A stretch of 64,000 nucleotides of DNA from Bryobacterales bacterium (GTDB lineage Bacteria > Acidobacteriota > Terriglobia > Bryobacterales > UBA6623). This document shows, piece after piece, positions 45,693 through 54,842 of the stretch. A program made the position numbers and the translations under genes. Each line of letters opens with the position of its first letter. Position 1 is the first letter of the stretch. The stretch is from the NCBI GenBank assembly GCA_965222095.1, contig CBDCTD010000001.1, positions 665,452 to 729,451 on the forward strand. Direction: 5' to 3'. The notes under the pieces were generated by a model. That model was not told the origin of the DNA. It searched no databases and saw nothing but the letters and a program-made list of their open reading frames with translations.

Positions 45693-46013
45693 ATGAGTGA
45701 AGCGATGAGTGAAGCAGCAGCGACGCAATCACACGGAAGAATGTTCATAAAGGTTTGGATCTGGCTGCTGGTCATCACGCTGATCGAGATCCTGCTGGCC
45801 TACATCCAGTTCGGCGCCGTAGCCATGCTGACAGTGCTGATGAGTCTTTCGATCGTCAAAGCGGGCCTGATCATGGCCTACTTCATGCACCTTCGCTACG
45901 ACGAGCCCAGCCTGAGTTGGACGCTGGTGCCTCCCCTCGTGGCTTGTCTGCTGATCATGGTCGGCTACTTCTTCCCGGACAGTTTCTTGATCCTCGAGAT
46001 CGGCACGAAATAG
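45693..46013 (+). CDS. Cytochrome c oxidase subunit IV family
   Basis: VWIWLLVIT..E, SIVKAGLIMAYFMHLRY. Confidence 0.9.
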   Translation: MSEAMSEAAATQSHGRMFIKVWIWLLVITLIEILLAYIQFGAVAMLTVLMSLSIVKAGLIMAYFMHLRYDEPSLSWTLVPPLVACLLIMVGYFFPDSFLILEIGTK

Positions 46014-46016
46014 ACA

Positions 46017-46280
46017 ATGCCGCGGCTTTTCCGAGCAACCGAACGGTCGGCCCGTCTCCTCGTATTGGGGCTATTGCTGGCTGTCGTCTCCTCTCCCCTA
46101 TGGGCTCAGTGCCCGATGTGCCGTCAGGCCGCGGCCAGCCAGCAAGTGAAGGCCATTCGTGCCCTCAACGCCGGGATCATTCTGCTGGCGATCCCCCCGG
46201 CCGCCATCATCGGCGGCATCGCTTGGTTCACCTACCGTCACCGAGACGGCTTCCAGGCCCCCGCGCTACCGAAGCATTAG
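46017..46280 (+). CDS. Small cox-operon-associated membrane protein
   Basis: AQCPMC after a signal, then ALNAGIILL; last gene of the operon. Confidence 0.75.
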   Translation: MPRLFRATERSARLLVLGLLLAVVSSPLWAQCPMCRQAAASQQVKAIRALNAGIILLAIPPAAIIGGIAWFTYRHRDGFQAPALPKH

Positions 46281-46483
46281 GCGCGCCACCCCACCAGTGT
46301 TCGACGGCTTGAACGGGGCTGACCCTCAGCTTCTTCGAGTAACAGCCGCCGGCTAGCTAATGGGTAACGACTATCAACGGCCGCGGTTTTGGCGGGCGAC
46401 GAACCGATGATCCGCAGCGCAAGTCTGAGCCCGCCCGCCTGGATCGCGCTAGAAGCTTGACGCGGGCTGGGCCAGGCGGGGGC

Positions 46484-46882
46484 CTACCAGGCGATGTCTA
46501 CTGTTTGAGAGTCCGCGATCTGCAGGTCCTTGGTAATGAGGGGAAGCTCTCTCAGCTTGGCGGTGGCAACAATCACTGCGTCGAACGGATCGCGGTTGAA
46601 GCTCAGATACCTGGCTTCCTCCACCACCTTGACGTCGATAGGAGCAAAGTCGAAACCCAAACGCGACAGCAAGCCCAACCATTCCCCGAAAGGCTCCCGC
46701 AGCGAGATGCGTCCGACTTTGAGTAAGACCCCGATCTCCCAGAGTGCACCCACCGGGATGTAGACAAGGGATCGTTGATTCACCGCATCGTCAAAGATGG
46801 CCCTAGCCTTTTTCGAGAGCCTACGGTGCCGGCCGCCTAGATACCAGAGCAGCGGATGCGTATCAGTTACGTACAGGGCCAT
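46484..46882 (-). CDS. vapC: PIN-domain (VapC-like) toxin
   Basis: DTHPLLW, LWEI, DPFDAVIVATA, LITKD. Confidence 0.9.
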   Translation of the reverse strand: MALYVTDTHPLLWYLGGRHRRLSKKARAIFDDAVNQRSLVYIPVGALWEIGVLLKVGRISLREPFGEWLGLLSRLGFDFAPIDVKVVEEARYLSFNRDPFDAVIVATAKLRELPLITKDLQIADSQTVDIAW

Positions 46883-47246
46883 TCGATGACGGGGCTTCGC
46901 GTCTGGTGCCTCTAACGATTTGGCGTGTTGTTAGCTCCAGAGATTGCGCGAAGAGCCCCCGAATTTCGCGAGTGGCTTCTTCTAAATCGCCCAGGATTCT
47001 TACAGAGCCAACAGGGCTCCAGCCGACTAGAAACCTTTCCTTCCGAGCGAGCTTAGAAAGTAGCTCGGAATGCTTTGGGCTAGGCGCGGCATGACCCGCC
47101 TCCCACCGCCACACGGTGTTCTTCGGGACACCGATGACGCGCCCAAACTCAGACTGCGTTCGCTTGCCCCGCAGCCGCTTCACGAGGCTCGGTTGCCAAA
47201 CAAATACCTGTCTTGCTCCGAGCAAGGCGCTGGGGTTGGCCTGCAT
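46863..47246 (-). CDS. XRE-type HTH protein, probable antitoxin
   Basis: TQSEFGRVIGVPKNTVWRWEAG; overlaps the PIN start by 20 nt. Confidence 0.8.
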   Translation of the reverse strand: MQANPSALLGARQVFVWQPSLVKRLRGKRTQSEFGRVIGVPKNTVWRWEAGHAAPSPKHSELLSKLARKERFLVGWSPVGSVRILGDLEEATREIRGLFAQSLELTTRQIVRGTRREAPSSNGPVRN

Positions 47247-47261
47247 GAGTCTACATTTGGA

Positions 47262-47290
47262 AGTCTACAAAATGGAGCGTGGCCTGTCAA
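47262..47290 (-). promoter_or_regulatory. Sigma70 promoter TTGACA-N17-TAGACT for the HTH-PIN pair
   Basis: Read directly on the minus strand; -10 ends 15 nt before the ATG. Confidence 0.8.
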
Positions 47291-47432
47291 TCGACGGAAT
47301 CAAGCGATCCGAGTTCAGGTCGGTCGAGCTCGCTGTCACGAATCCTATCTTCGACGTTCGCCTCCGTTGAAAACGATATCCTTTAGGTGAACGATCCGCC
47401 AAGCCGAAACCCCGGATGTCCGATTCACCCGC

Positions 47433-49385
47433 ATGAATAAAGTAAGTCAAGCCGGCACCAAACCGCGCCGAGAGCCAACGCGCGCTCGTGACTTCTTTTC
47501 GCGCCATGGTCTGCTGTCGCGCTGGCACCCCCAGTACGAGTTTCGGGCGGGCCAACTCGCCATGGCCGAGGAGGTTGAAGCCGCGCTTTCCGAGCAGCGC
47601 CACCTGATTGTCGAGGCAGGGACGGGAACCGGAAAGACGCTCGCCTACTTGGTCCCCGTCATCGCGAGCGGAAAGCGCGTCATCATCTCGACTGGGACCA
47701 AGAATCTCCAGGAACAGCTCTACCACAAAGACCTGCCTTTCCTTCAAAAGCGCATCGGCCGGCCGCTCAGAGTGGCCTACATGAAGGGACGTAATAACTA
47801 CTTGTGCCGGCAGAAGGTCTACGATGCAGAAAATCATCCCATTCTCGACGGGCTCGCCGAGATCGATGAGTTCCGAATCATTCACGACTGGGAGCAACAC
47901 ACAAAAACCGGTGATCGAGCAGAACTCAAGACCTTACCGGAGGACAGCAAACTCTGGTACAAGCTCGACGCCCGCCGTGAACTCTGCTCCGGCCAGAAGT
48001 GCGAGCAGTTCGAGCGTTGCTTCATTACGCGCATGCACCAGCAGGCGGCCGAGGCCGACATCATCATCGTCAACCACCACTTGTTTTTCGCTGACCTCTC
48101 GCTACGCGAAAGCGACTATGCTTCGATCATCCCCGACTACCAAGCGGTGATCTTCGACGAAGCCCACGAGATCGAGGAAGTAGCCGGCCAGCATTTCGGT
48201 ATTCAGGTCAGCAACTACAGCTTCAGCGAGATCGCCCGCGATGTGCAGGACACTGCTCTTCGCAAGGCATTCGGATCGAAGCTGCTTGACCGGGCCCTGC
48301 ACGCTTTCCGCACCCGCACGGAGGCGTTTTTCGCCCTCTTCGACGGGCGAGAGGGGCGCTCCAGCTTTCGCGACCGAAGAAAATTCGCCGAACAGCACAG
48401 CGATGAATACACCCCGCTGCTCAACGCGCTCGAGATGCTGGGAACGCAGTTGAAAGGCGTCAACAAGCAGACGGACGAAATACTCCCGCTTGAGCGGCGG
48501 GTAGCAGAACTGGACAAGGAGCTGCGGTTCTTGATCGACGGGGACGACGAGCGGTTCGTCTATTGGGTAGAGAGGCGCGGGCGCGGCGTCTTCCTGCAAG
48601 CCACTCCGATCGATGTGTCGGAACTTCTCAACGAGCGGCTGTTCAACGAGGTCCCTACGATCGTGCTCACCTCGGCGACGCTGGCTGTCGAGGGCAAGTT
48701 CGACTATATTCGAAGCCGGCTCGGCTTCGACTCCGCGCGCGAGCTGGTCGTGCCTCCCCACTTCGATTTTCAAAGCCAGGTGCTGTTTTATGTGCCTCCC
48801 TCGCTGCCCGATCCGCGTTCTGAGCAGTTTGCGAAAGCGGCGTCCGACGAGATCATCCGCCTATTGCGCAACAGCGGGGGCCGCGCCTTTGTTCTGTTCA
48901 CCAGCTACCAACAGATGCGCGCGGTTCACGAGTTCGTTTCTTTTGCCATCGAGTATCCGATCTTGTTGCAGGGATCGGCTCCCAACCCCGCCTTGCTCGA
49001 TCAGTTTCGCAATACGCCTCACTGCGTGCTGTTCGCGACCGCAAGTTTTTGGCAAGGCGTGGACGTACCGGGAGAGCAGCTAAGCTCGGTCATTATCGAT
49101 AAACTGCCGTTTGCTGTGCCTTCCGACCCGGTGGTAGAGGCTCGAATCAGCAGCCTGCGCCAGGCTGGTCAAGACCCCTTTGTGGAATACCAGATTCCGC
49201 AAGCCGTCATCTCTCTCAAGCAAGGCTTCGGACGGCTGATTCGCAACAGCCAGGACCGAGGCGTTTTAGCGCTGCTTGACAACCGAATCCTGAAGCGACC
49301 ATACGGCAAAGTCTTTCAGCAGAGCTTACCCGACTATACATTCACCACGTCGATCCAGGACGTGACGAATTTCTTTGGGGAGTAA
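47433..49385 (+). CDS. DinG/YoaA family ATP-dependent DNA helicase
   Basis: EAGTGTGKT, ISTGTKNLQEQL, four Cys consistent with an Fe-S site, DEAH, TSAT, LFTSY, FWQGVDVPG, QGFGRLIR. Confidence 0.93.
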   Translation: MNKVSQAGTKPRREPTRARDFFSRHGLLSRWHPQYEFRAGQLAMAEEVEAALSEQRHLIVEAGTGTGKTLAYLVPVIASGKRVIISTGTKNLQEQLYHKDLPFLQKRIGRPLRVAYMKGRNNYLCRQKVYDAENHPILDGLAEIDEFRIIHDWEQHTKTGDRAELKTLPEDSKLWYKLDARRELCSGQKCEQFERCFITRMHQQAAEADIIIVNHHLFFADLSLRESDYASIIPDYQAVIFDEAHEIEEVAGQHFGIQVSNYSFSEIARDVQDTALRKAFGSKLLDRALHAFRTRTEAFFALFDGREGRSSFRDRRKFAEQHSDEYTPLLNALEMLGTQLKGVNKQTDEILPLERRVAELDKELRFLIDGDDERFVYWVERRGRGVFLQATPIDVSELLNERLFNEVPTIVLTSATLAVEGKFDYIRSRLGFDSARELVVPPHFDFQSQVLFYVPPSLPDPRSEQFAKAASDEIIRLLRNSGGRAFVLFTSYQQMRAVHEFVSFAIEYPILLQGSAPNPALLDQFRNTPHCVLFATASFWQGVDVPGEQLSSVIIDKLPFAVPSDPVVEARISSLRQAGQDPFVEYQIPQAVISLKQGFGRLIRNSQDRGVLALLDNRILKRPYGKVFQQSLPDYTFTTSIQDVTNFFGE

Positions 49386-49535
49386 GGTAGTGAGCCAGCC
49401 TTCGACTCGGGGCGAGCTCGCCGGGACAGGCACCTCCGGGGACCTTCTCGCCGGCAAAGGGTTTGCTCTAAAGGGACGACGGTTGCTTGCAGGTTGGGGC
49501 GCACGCCGGTGCCTGTCCCCAGGTGCCACGCCCGC

Positions 49536-51530
49536 TCACTCGGACACGACCACCCGCAAGATCCGAGTTTCGGTGGTGATGCGATCGATCACGTCATCTC
49601 CCGAGATCAGCCGGCCGAAATTCGTGTAGCGCCCGTCGAAGAGTAGTTGCGGCGACAAGCAGATGAAAAACTGGCTGCCGCCGGAGTCCTTCTCTCCTAC
49701 CGCCATTCCCAAGCTTCCGCGCAAGAACGGTTGGGTGTTCACCTCGCACCGGATGGTGTATCCCGGCCCGCCTTGCCCGTTCCCCCGCGGGTCGCCAACT
49801 TTGACAAACTGGTTTGGAACCACGGTGACGAACCGCTGCCCGTTGAAGTAGCGCCGGTGGGCCAGTTCGAAGAAGTTCTCGGCAGTGAGAGGAGCGTGCT
49901 CGTAGTCGAGAAGCACGTCGAGCACGCCGTCGCTGGTGTCTATCTTGAGCCTTCGCTTCAGGGTGCGCGCGATCCGCTGGTAGTCTTCCCGCGCGTAACG
50001 TGTGTCTGCCCGGCCGATCTGTTCCCTGTGGTCTTCGTCGTACAACGTTCGCAAGTGCTTGGCGGCACGAATCCGAACAAGCCGGTCAGGGTCGCGAAGT
50101 GCTTCGAGGAAAAACTTCCTTTGCTCAAGACTCTTTAGTGCTCGAGAAGCGGCATCCAACGCAGCGATACGGACGGCGGTGGCCGGCTCCGCAAGAGCTC
50201 GCCGGTAGGCGGCAAGGCAGGCTTCGACCCTGGGGCTCGGCATCAGGTTGAGGGCGGCCCGACGAACCGTCCAATCGGGATCCTCGAGTGCCGCTGCCAG
50301 GTATGGCTGCAAACCAGCATTCCCTTGTGCTGCCAAGGTGCGCAAGACCAAGGACCGAACTGGCTCGACATGCTCCGAGCCGCTCCCCCACAACTCGGCC
50401 AGCAACTCCGTGGCGCGCTCCGAGCGCAGTCTCCCCAGCGCTAGGACGAACGCCTCCATGCCTGCTGCGTTTCCGTAGACGGCTGGGACGCTCCTGAATC
50501 CCGCGAAAAAGTCTGCGCCACTGGTATCCAGTGTGGCTAGCGCTTGCTCGGCGGCCCAGGCTACCGGCGAGTCCTTGAACCGAAGCGACTGGAGGACTGA
50601 AATGGCTCGCTGGTTCCCGAGGGTTGCCATCGCCTCGACCGCGGTGATGCGTACGTTCTCGTTGGCGTCGTCCAATGCCGCGACGAGCATTTCTAGAGAC
50701 CCCTTAGCGTGGGCTGCCCCAATTGATCGCACGGCCTCGATCCGTACCTTCGAGTCGCGGTCATTGGTCAGCTTGGCCAGGGAATCAGCAATCTCTGTGG
50801 TGGGTTCGGCTCCGGCCAGCCCTCGCGCAGCCGCCGCTCGGACGAATGGATTGGTGTCCCTCGTCAGGTTGATGAACGAGCGGGTTGTTTCCGAGTCAGC
50901 GGGCACGCCCAACTCCGCCAAGGCGGCTGCGGCGGCCCAGCGATTATCTTGATCGTCCGACTTCATCCAGCCCCCGATCCAGGTTGCTAGCTCTGTTCCC
51001 TCCATACGGAGCACGGACGCGAGTGTAACCGGCAGGGGCGCGGGAGTCCGGGTGAGGGGCTCGAGAGCGGCCCTCCAGCCCAACTTCCCCAGGGCCTCGA
51101 CAGCGTTGGCGACTACCGTACGCTCGTCATCGTGGAGAGCCCCGAGCAGCGCCTGCGCGGCACGCTCGTCGGGTTGAAGGCCCAACTCAGCGAGCGTTGC
51201 CCGGTCTTCCATTTCGCCGATGGCGAACGCCGCGCCTGCTCGCACTCGTGGGATGGGGTCTTTGACGGCTGAGATCAGCAGGTCGAGAGTTTCGGGGTCG
51301 CCGATGCGTCCCAGGGCCAGGCAGGCCCGGGCGCGGTGCTCGGCGATCGGCGACTGCATCTGCTCGGCCAACCAGGCGTCGGCGTGGCGCTTATCTTCTC
51401 TTTGGAGAAAGTCCCCTTCGATGCGATAGGCGGGCCGGGTGAGCAGGACCCATCCGGCGGCCACCCCCAGCAGGATCATGCAGATCGTCAGGATCTTGAG
51501 TTCGTACCGTTTGACGAGATCGATCTTCAA
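49536..51530 (-). CDS. Membrane-anchored HEAT-repeat protein with C-terminal cyclophilin-like domain
   Basis: N-terminal TM, HEAT repeats, APLTAENF, GDPRGNGQGGPGY, GGSQFFI, DGRYTNFG. Confidence 0.88.
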   Translation of the reverse strand: MKIDLVKRYELKILTICMILLGVAAGWVLLTRPAYRIEGDFLQREDKRHADAWLAEQMQSPIAEHRARACLALGRIGDPETLDLLISAVKDPIPRVRAGAAFAIGEMEDRATLAELGLQPDERAAQALLGALHDDERTVVANAVEALGKLGWRAALEPLTRTPAPLPVTLASVLRMEGTELATWIGGWMKSDDQDNRWAAAAALAELGVPADSETTRSFINLTRDTNPFVRAAAARGLAGAEPTTEIADSLAKLTNDRDSKVRIEAVRSIGAAHAKGSLEMLVAALDDANENVRITAVEAMATLGNQRAISVLQSLRFKDSPVAWAAEQALATLDTSGADFFAGFRSVPAVYGNAAGMEAFVLALGRLRSERATELLAELWGSGSEHVEPVRSLVLRTLAAQGNAGLQPYLAAALEDPDWTVRRAALNLMPSPRVEACLAAYRRALAEPATAVRIAALDAASRALKSLEQRKFFLEALRDPDRLVRIRAAKHLRTLYDEDHREQIGRADTRYAREDYQRIARTLKRRLKIDTSDGVLDVLLDYEHAPLTAENFFELAHRRYFNGQRFVTVVPNQFVKVGDPRGNGQGGPGYTIRCEVNTQPFLRGSLGMAVGEKDSGGSQFFICLSPQLLFDGRYTNFGRLISGDDVIDRITTETRILRVVVSE

Positions 51531-51667
51531 ATCGCAATCGTATCAAACGGCTCTATGGGTCGAGGGATGCTCCCCGCTTATGTCCTGGCGCCGGTTGGTT
51601 CTTCGCTTGTCCTACACTGGGATTCGAGGCGTCGAGCCGCAGGATTACAGGAAGCGAGAAGCCGCCT

Positions 51668-52261
51668 ATGAAGATTCAGATTTTCTCGGATATTCACAAC
51701 GATCTCCGATCTCTTGCGCAGGTCGCGTCCGTTGAGGCCGACATCTATGTTTCGGCGGGCGATCTGGTGAGCTGGTCACGTGGGCTTTCCGAGTGCGGTG
51801 AGATCTTACGGCCGCTGGGCGAAAAGCTCTGGGTCTTGCCGGGCAACCACGAGTCAGCCGAGCAGATTGCTTCCTATTGCGAGGAGTACGGCTTCCAGGA
51901 CTTCCACGGACGGACTTTCGAAACGACGGGTTACCACGTGGCCGGCCTCGGTTATTCCAGCCCTACGCCCTTCAACACGCCGGGCGAATACACCGAAGAA
52001 GAAATCGCCGCCAAGTTGGAGGCCTTCAACAGCCTTTCACCGCTCGTTCTCATCTGCCATGCTCCACCTTACGAAACGGCCCTGGATGAGGTTCGCACGG
52101 GCCTCCACGCCGGCAGCCGGGCAGTCCGCGATTTTGTCGAGCAGCACGCACCGGAATACTTCTTCTGCGGCCACATTCACGAGGCGGCCGGCCGATCAGT
52201 GAGGTTTGGGAAGACGCGCGCAAGAAACGTGGGCAAGGCGGGGTTCTTGCTGGACATCTAA
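51668..52261 (+). CDS. Metallophosphoesterase (Icc-like)
   Basis: SDIH, GDL, PGNHE, CHAPP, GHIHE. Confidence 0.9.
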   Translation: MKIQIFSDIHNDLRSLAQVASVEADIYVSAGDLVSWSRGLSECGEILRPLGEKLWVLPGNHESAEQIASYCEEYGFQDFHGRTFETTGYHVAGLGYSSPTPFNTPGEYTEEEIAAKLEAFNSLSPLVLICHAPPYETALDEVRTGLHAGSRAVRDFVEQHAPEYFFCGHIHEAAGRSVRFGKTRARNVGKAGFLLDI

Positions 52262-52286
52262 CTTAGAATGGATAAAGAGGTGAAAA

Positions 52287-53099
52287 ATGGTTTGCCCGAA
52301 TTGCCAGTTGCTCGTCCCTGACAGCGCCGAGCGCTGTGACTGCGGTTACGATTTCGCGTCGCAATCCGTTAAGAAGTCGTATCTCACAGGCGATTTGGCA
52401 ACGGAGCACGTCGGCCCTTCTCTGACAGTCGGCGACAAACTGTGGGGCCAGACGGCGCTCGAGGGTAATCGAGCCGAAGTCATCAAGAAAACCTATCTTC
52501 TGTTGGGGCTGGCTGTGACCTCGGGCATCGCTGGGGGCATGGTGGGCGCAAACTCAACCATGATGATCGAACTGTTCTCCGGTTGGATGGGATGGATCCT
52601 CGCCATGGTCGTGCTAAACGTTGTGCCCCGCATCGCTATCGCGGTTCGGCACAACCCGGTGCTCGGTGTGACGGCACTTGTCGGAGACGGTTTCGTCGCG
52701 GGTTTGGTGCTGGCGCCCGTCTTGCATCTGGCCAGTGTGATTTCGCCCGACATCGTACAGAGCGCGATGATTCTAACGGCCACCGTTTTTTGCGCTGTCA
52801 CGTTCTACGTCATGACCACGCGAAAAACCTTCTCCGCGCCACGTGGCTTGATGACGGGCATCTTCTTCAGCATCATCGGCGTGCTGGTCCTGAATGCTTT
52901 CTTACAGATCGGATTCTTCGGGATGCTGATCGCCGGGGCTATCGGGATATTCGGCGTCTTCATCCTGGTGTACGCCACCAGCAACGTTCTGAATAACCCC
53001 GAGATCGACAGCCCTATCCCAGGGGCATTGATGCTGTTCGCCGGCCTGTTCAACGTCTTCGTCGCCGCCATCAATCTTCTGCTGCGAGCGGACGACTAA
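52287..53099 (+). CDS. Bax inhibitor-1/YccA family protein with N-terminal zinc ribbon
   Basis: CPNC..CDC then about seven TM helices, KKTYLLL, LTATVF. Confidence 0.82.
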   Translation: MVCPNCQLLVPDSAERCDCGYDFASQSVKKSYLTGDLATEHVGPSLTVGDKLWGQTALEGNRAEVIKKTYLLLGLAVTSGIAGGMVGANSTMMIELFSGWMGWILAMVVLNVVPRIAIAVRHNPVLGVTALVGDGFVAGLVLAPVLHLASVISPDIVQSAMILTATVFCAVTFYVMTTRKTFSAPRGLMTGIFFSIIGVLVLNAFLQIGFFGMLIAGAIGIFGVFILVYATSNVLNNPEIDSPIPGALMLFAGLFNVFVAAINLLLRADD

Positions 53100-53127
53100 G
53101 AGATGGGTTGTCTTCTCCGGGTACCTA

Positions 53128-54280
53128 GTGTAGTGCCACTAACGGTTCTGGACAATGGCGTGGGTTTTGGCGGCGCGCTCGACTTTGGCGAGGATATCTT
53201 GTGCCGGAGCTGTCCAGACAAAGGGCTTGGGCGCTTGGTTGCTCGCTTCCAGGTACTCGTGGATGGCGGCCTCGAGTTCGGGAACACTGCGGAACACGCC
53301 GCGGCGGATGCGCTTCTGTGTCAGCTCGCGGAACCAGCGCTCGACGAGATTGAGCCAAGAAGAAGACGTGGGAATGAAGTGAAAGTGGAAGCGGGGGTGC
53401 TTCGCGAGCCACTTCTTCACTTGCTCATGCTTGTGCGTGGAGTAGTTGTCCACGATCAGATGCAGCTCCAGCGCCGGTGGCGTTTCGCGGTCGATCTTGC
53501 GTAGGAATTTGAGGAATTCCTGGTGCCGATGTCGCGGCAGACACTCGCCGATCACCTTGCCGTCGAGCACATTGAAGGCGGCGAACAACGTCGTTGTGCC
53601 ATGTCGTTTGAAGTCGTGGGTCATGGTGCCGGCACGACCCCTTTTCAGGGGCAGTCCCGGCTGGCTGCGGTCTAAGGCCTGGATCTGACTTTTCTCATCG
53701 ACACTGAGCACCAGTGCGTGCTCGGGCGGATGCAAGTACAGACCGACCACGTCGCGGAGTTTCTCGACGAACTGCTTGTCGCGGCTGAGCTTGAAAGTTT
53801 CGAGGCGATGGGGCTGCAGTCCGTGCGCTTTCCAGACGCGCTGGATGGCCATCTTGGAGACGCCCAAGTGCTTGGCGAGGGTGCGGGTGCTCCAATGCGT
53901 GGCCGCCCGGGGCTTCTCGTGAAGCGTTGTATCGAGGATGCATTGGACGAATTCAGCGGAGAGCGCCGGTTTGCGTCCGGGGCGCGTCCGATCGCGGAGT
54001 CCGTCGAGGCCGGACTGGGCGAAGCGCTTTCGCCACAGGATGACGGTCTTGCGGTTGACGCCGAGTTCGCGGGCAATGGCGTGGTTCGCCAACCCCTGCG
54101 CACACAGCAAAACAATGCCTGCCCGTAAGGCCATTTTCTGGGCTGTGTTGCCTCCTCGAACCAGGCGACGAAGAGCGTTTCGCTGCGGAGCGGTGAGGGG
54201 TAGAGCGTCAGCGGATGGCCACATAAACCATCCTACCGTGAAAAGGGTGTGATTGTCCAGTTATTTATGTGGCACTACAC
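53128..54280 (-). mobile_element. IS630-family element (second subfamily), 1153 bp
   Basis: 29-bp bipartite TIR GTGTAGTGCCA-N9-CTGGACAAT; TA at 53126-27 and 54281-82 within CTAG. Confidence 0.95.
53139..54224 (-). CDS. IS630 family transposase (intact)
   Basis: THWSTRTLA, DEKSQIQAL, THDFKRHGTTTLFAA, DNYSTH, SWLNLVERWF. Confidence 0.96.
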   Translation of the reverse strand: MWPSADALPLTAPQRNALRRLVRGGNTAQKMALRAGIVLLCAQGLANHAIARELGVNRKTVILWRKRFAQSGLDGLRDRTRPGRKPALSAEFVQCILDTTLHEKPRAATHWSTRTLAKHLGVSKMAIQRVWKAHGLQPHRLETFKLSRDKQFVEKLRDVVGLYLHPPEHALVLSVDEKSQIQALDRSQPGLPLKRGRAGTMTHDFKRHGTTTLFAAFNVLDGKVIGECLPRHRHQEFLKFLRKIDRETPPALELHLIVDNYSTHKHEQVKKWLAKHPRFHFHFIPTSSSWLNLVERWFRELTQKRIRRGVFRSVPELEAAIHEYLEASNQAPKPFVWTAPAQDILAKVERAAKTHAIVQNR

Positions 54281-54315
54281 TAGCATCCCGCGTGGACGAG
54301 ATTCTCTACCGATGA
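54280..54315 (+). pseudogene. Probable C-terminal stub of an antitoxin gene
   Basis: LASRVDEILYR* ending in ATGA overlap with the PIN start; resembles VapB-type tails (inference). Confidence 0.5.
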
Positions 54316-54704
54316 GGATCTTCATCGATACCAGCTTCTTCATAGCCTTGACAATGAAGCGTGACCAGTGGCACGAGCGGGCACTGGGAGCGATGCCGTC
54401 TGAGATGTCATTGGCAACTTCATCGCTCGTCGTCAATGAAACGATCAGTTTGCTTCAGGCACGGGGGTACTTCTCCGACGCCCTGGTCTTCCTGCGGGAG
54501 GTCAGAGGGAACGAACATCTAGAGATGCTTTATGTCGATCCGGCGCTGCAGTCACTGGCCTGGGACCAGTTCTCGCGTTGGGGAGCCATGGAAGCGAACG
54601 CCGTCGATTGTGTGAGCTTCTCTCTCATGAAGAATTACGGGATTCGGCGGGCACTGACATTCGACCAGCACTTTCGCCTGGCCGGATTCGAAGTCGGGCC
54701 GTAG
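54312..54704 (+). CDS. vapC: PIN-domain (VapC-like) toxin
   Basis: IFIDTSFFIAL, VNET, VDCVSF, LTFDQHF..AGF; acidic active-site residues present. Confidence 0.9.
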   Translation: MRIFIDTSFFIALTMKRDQWHERALGAMPSEMSLATSSLVVNETISLLQARGYFSDALVFLREVRGNEHLEMLYVDPALQSLAWDQFSRWGAMEANAVDCVSFSLMKNYGIRRALTFDQHFRLAGFEVGP

Positions 54705-54842
54705 GGGATAGAAAGGCTGCGGATCTGGCGGGCGGCCCAGCGGTAGCCAACGGCCGCAGGTCTCGGCAAAACGGCCGCCGAGGCCTGCGCTACACAACTA
54801 CGGAACTCGATTGCTCATTCCGACGGATCGCGATTCGGCAGT

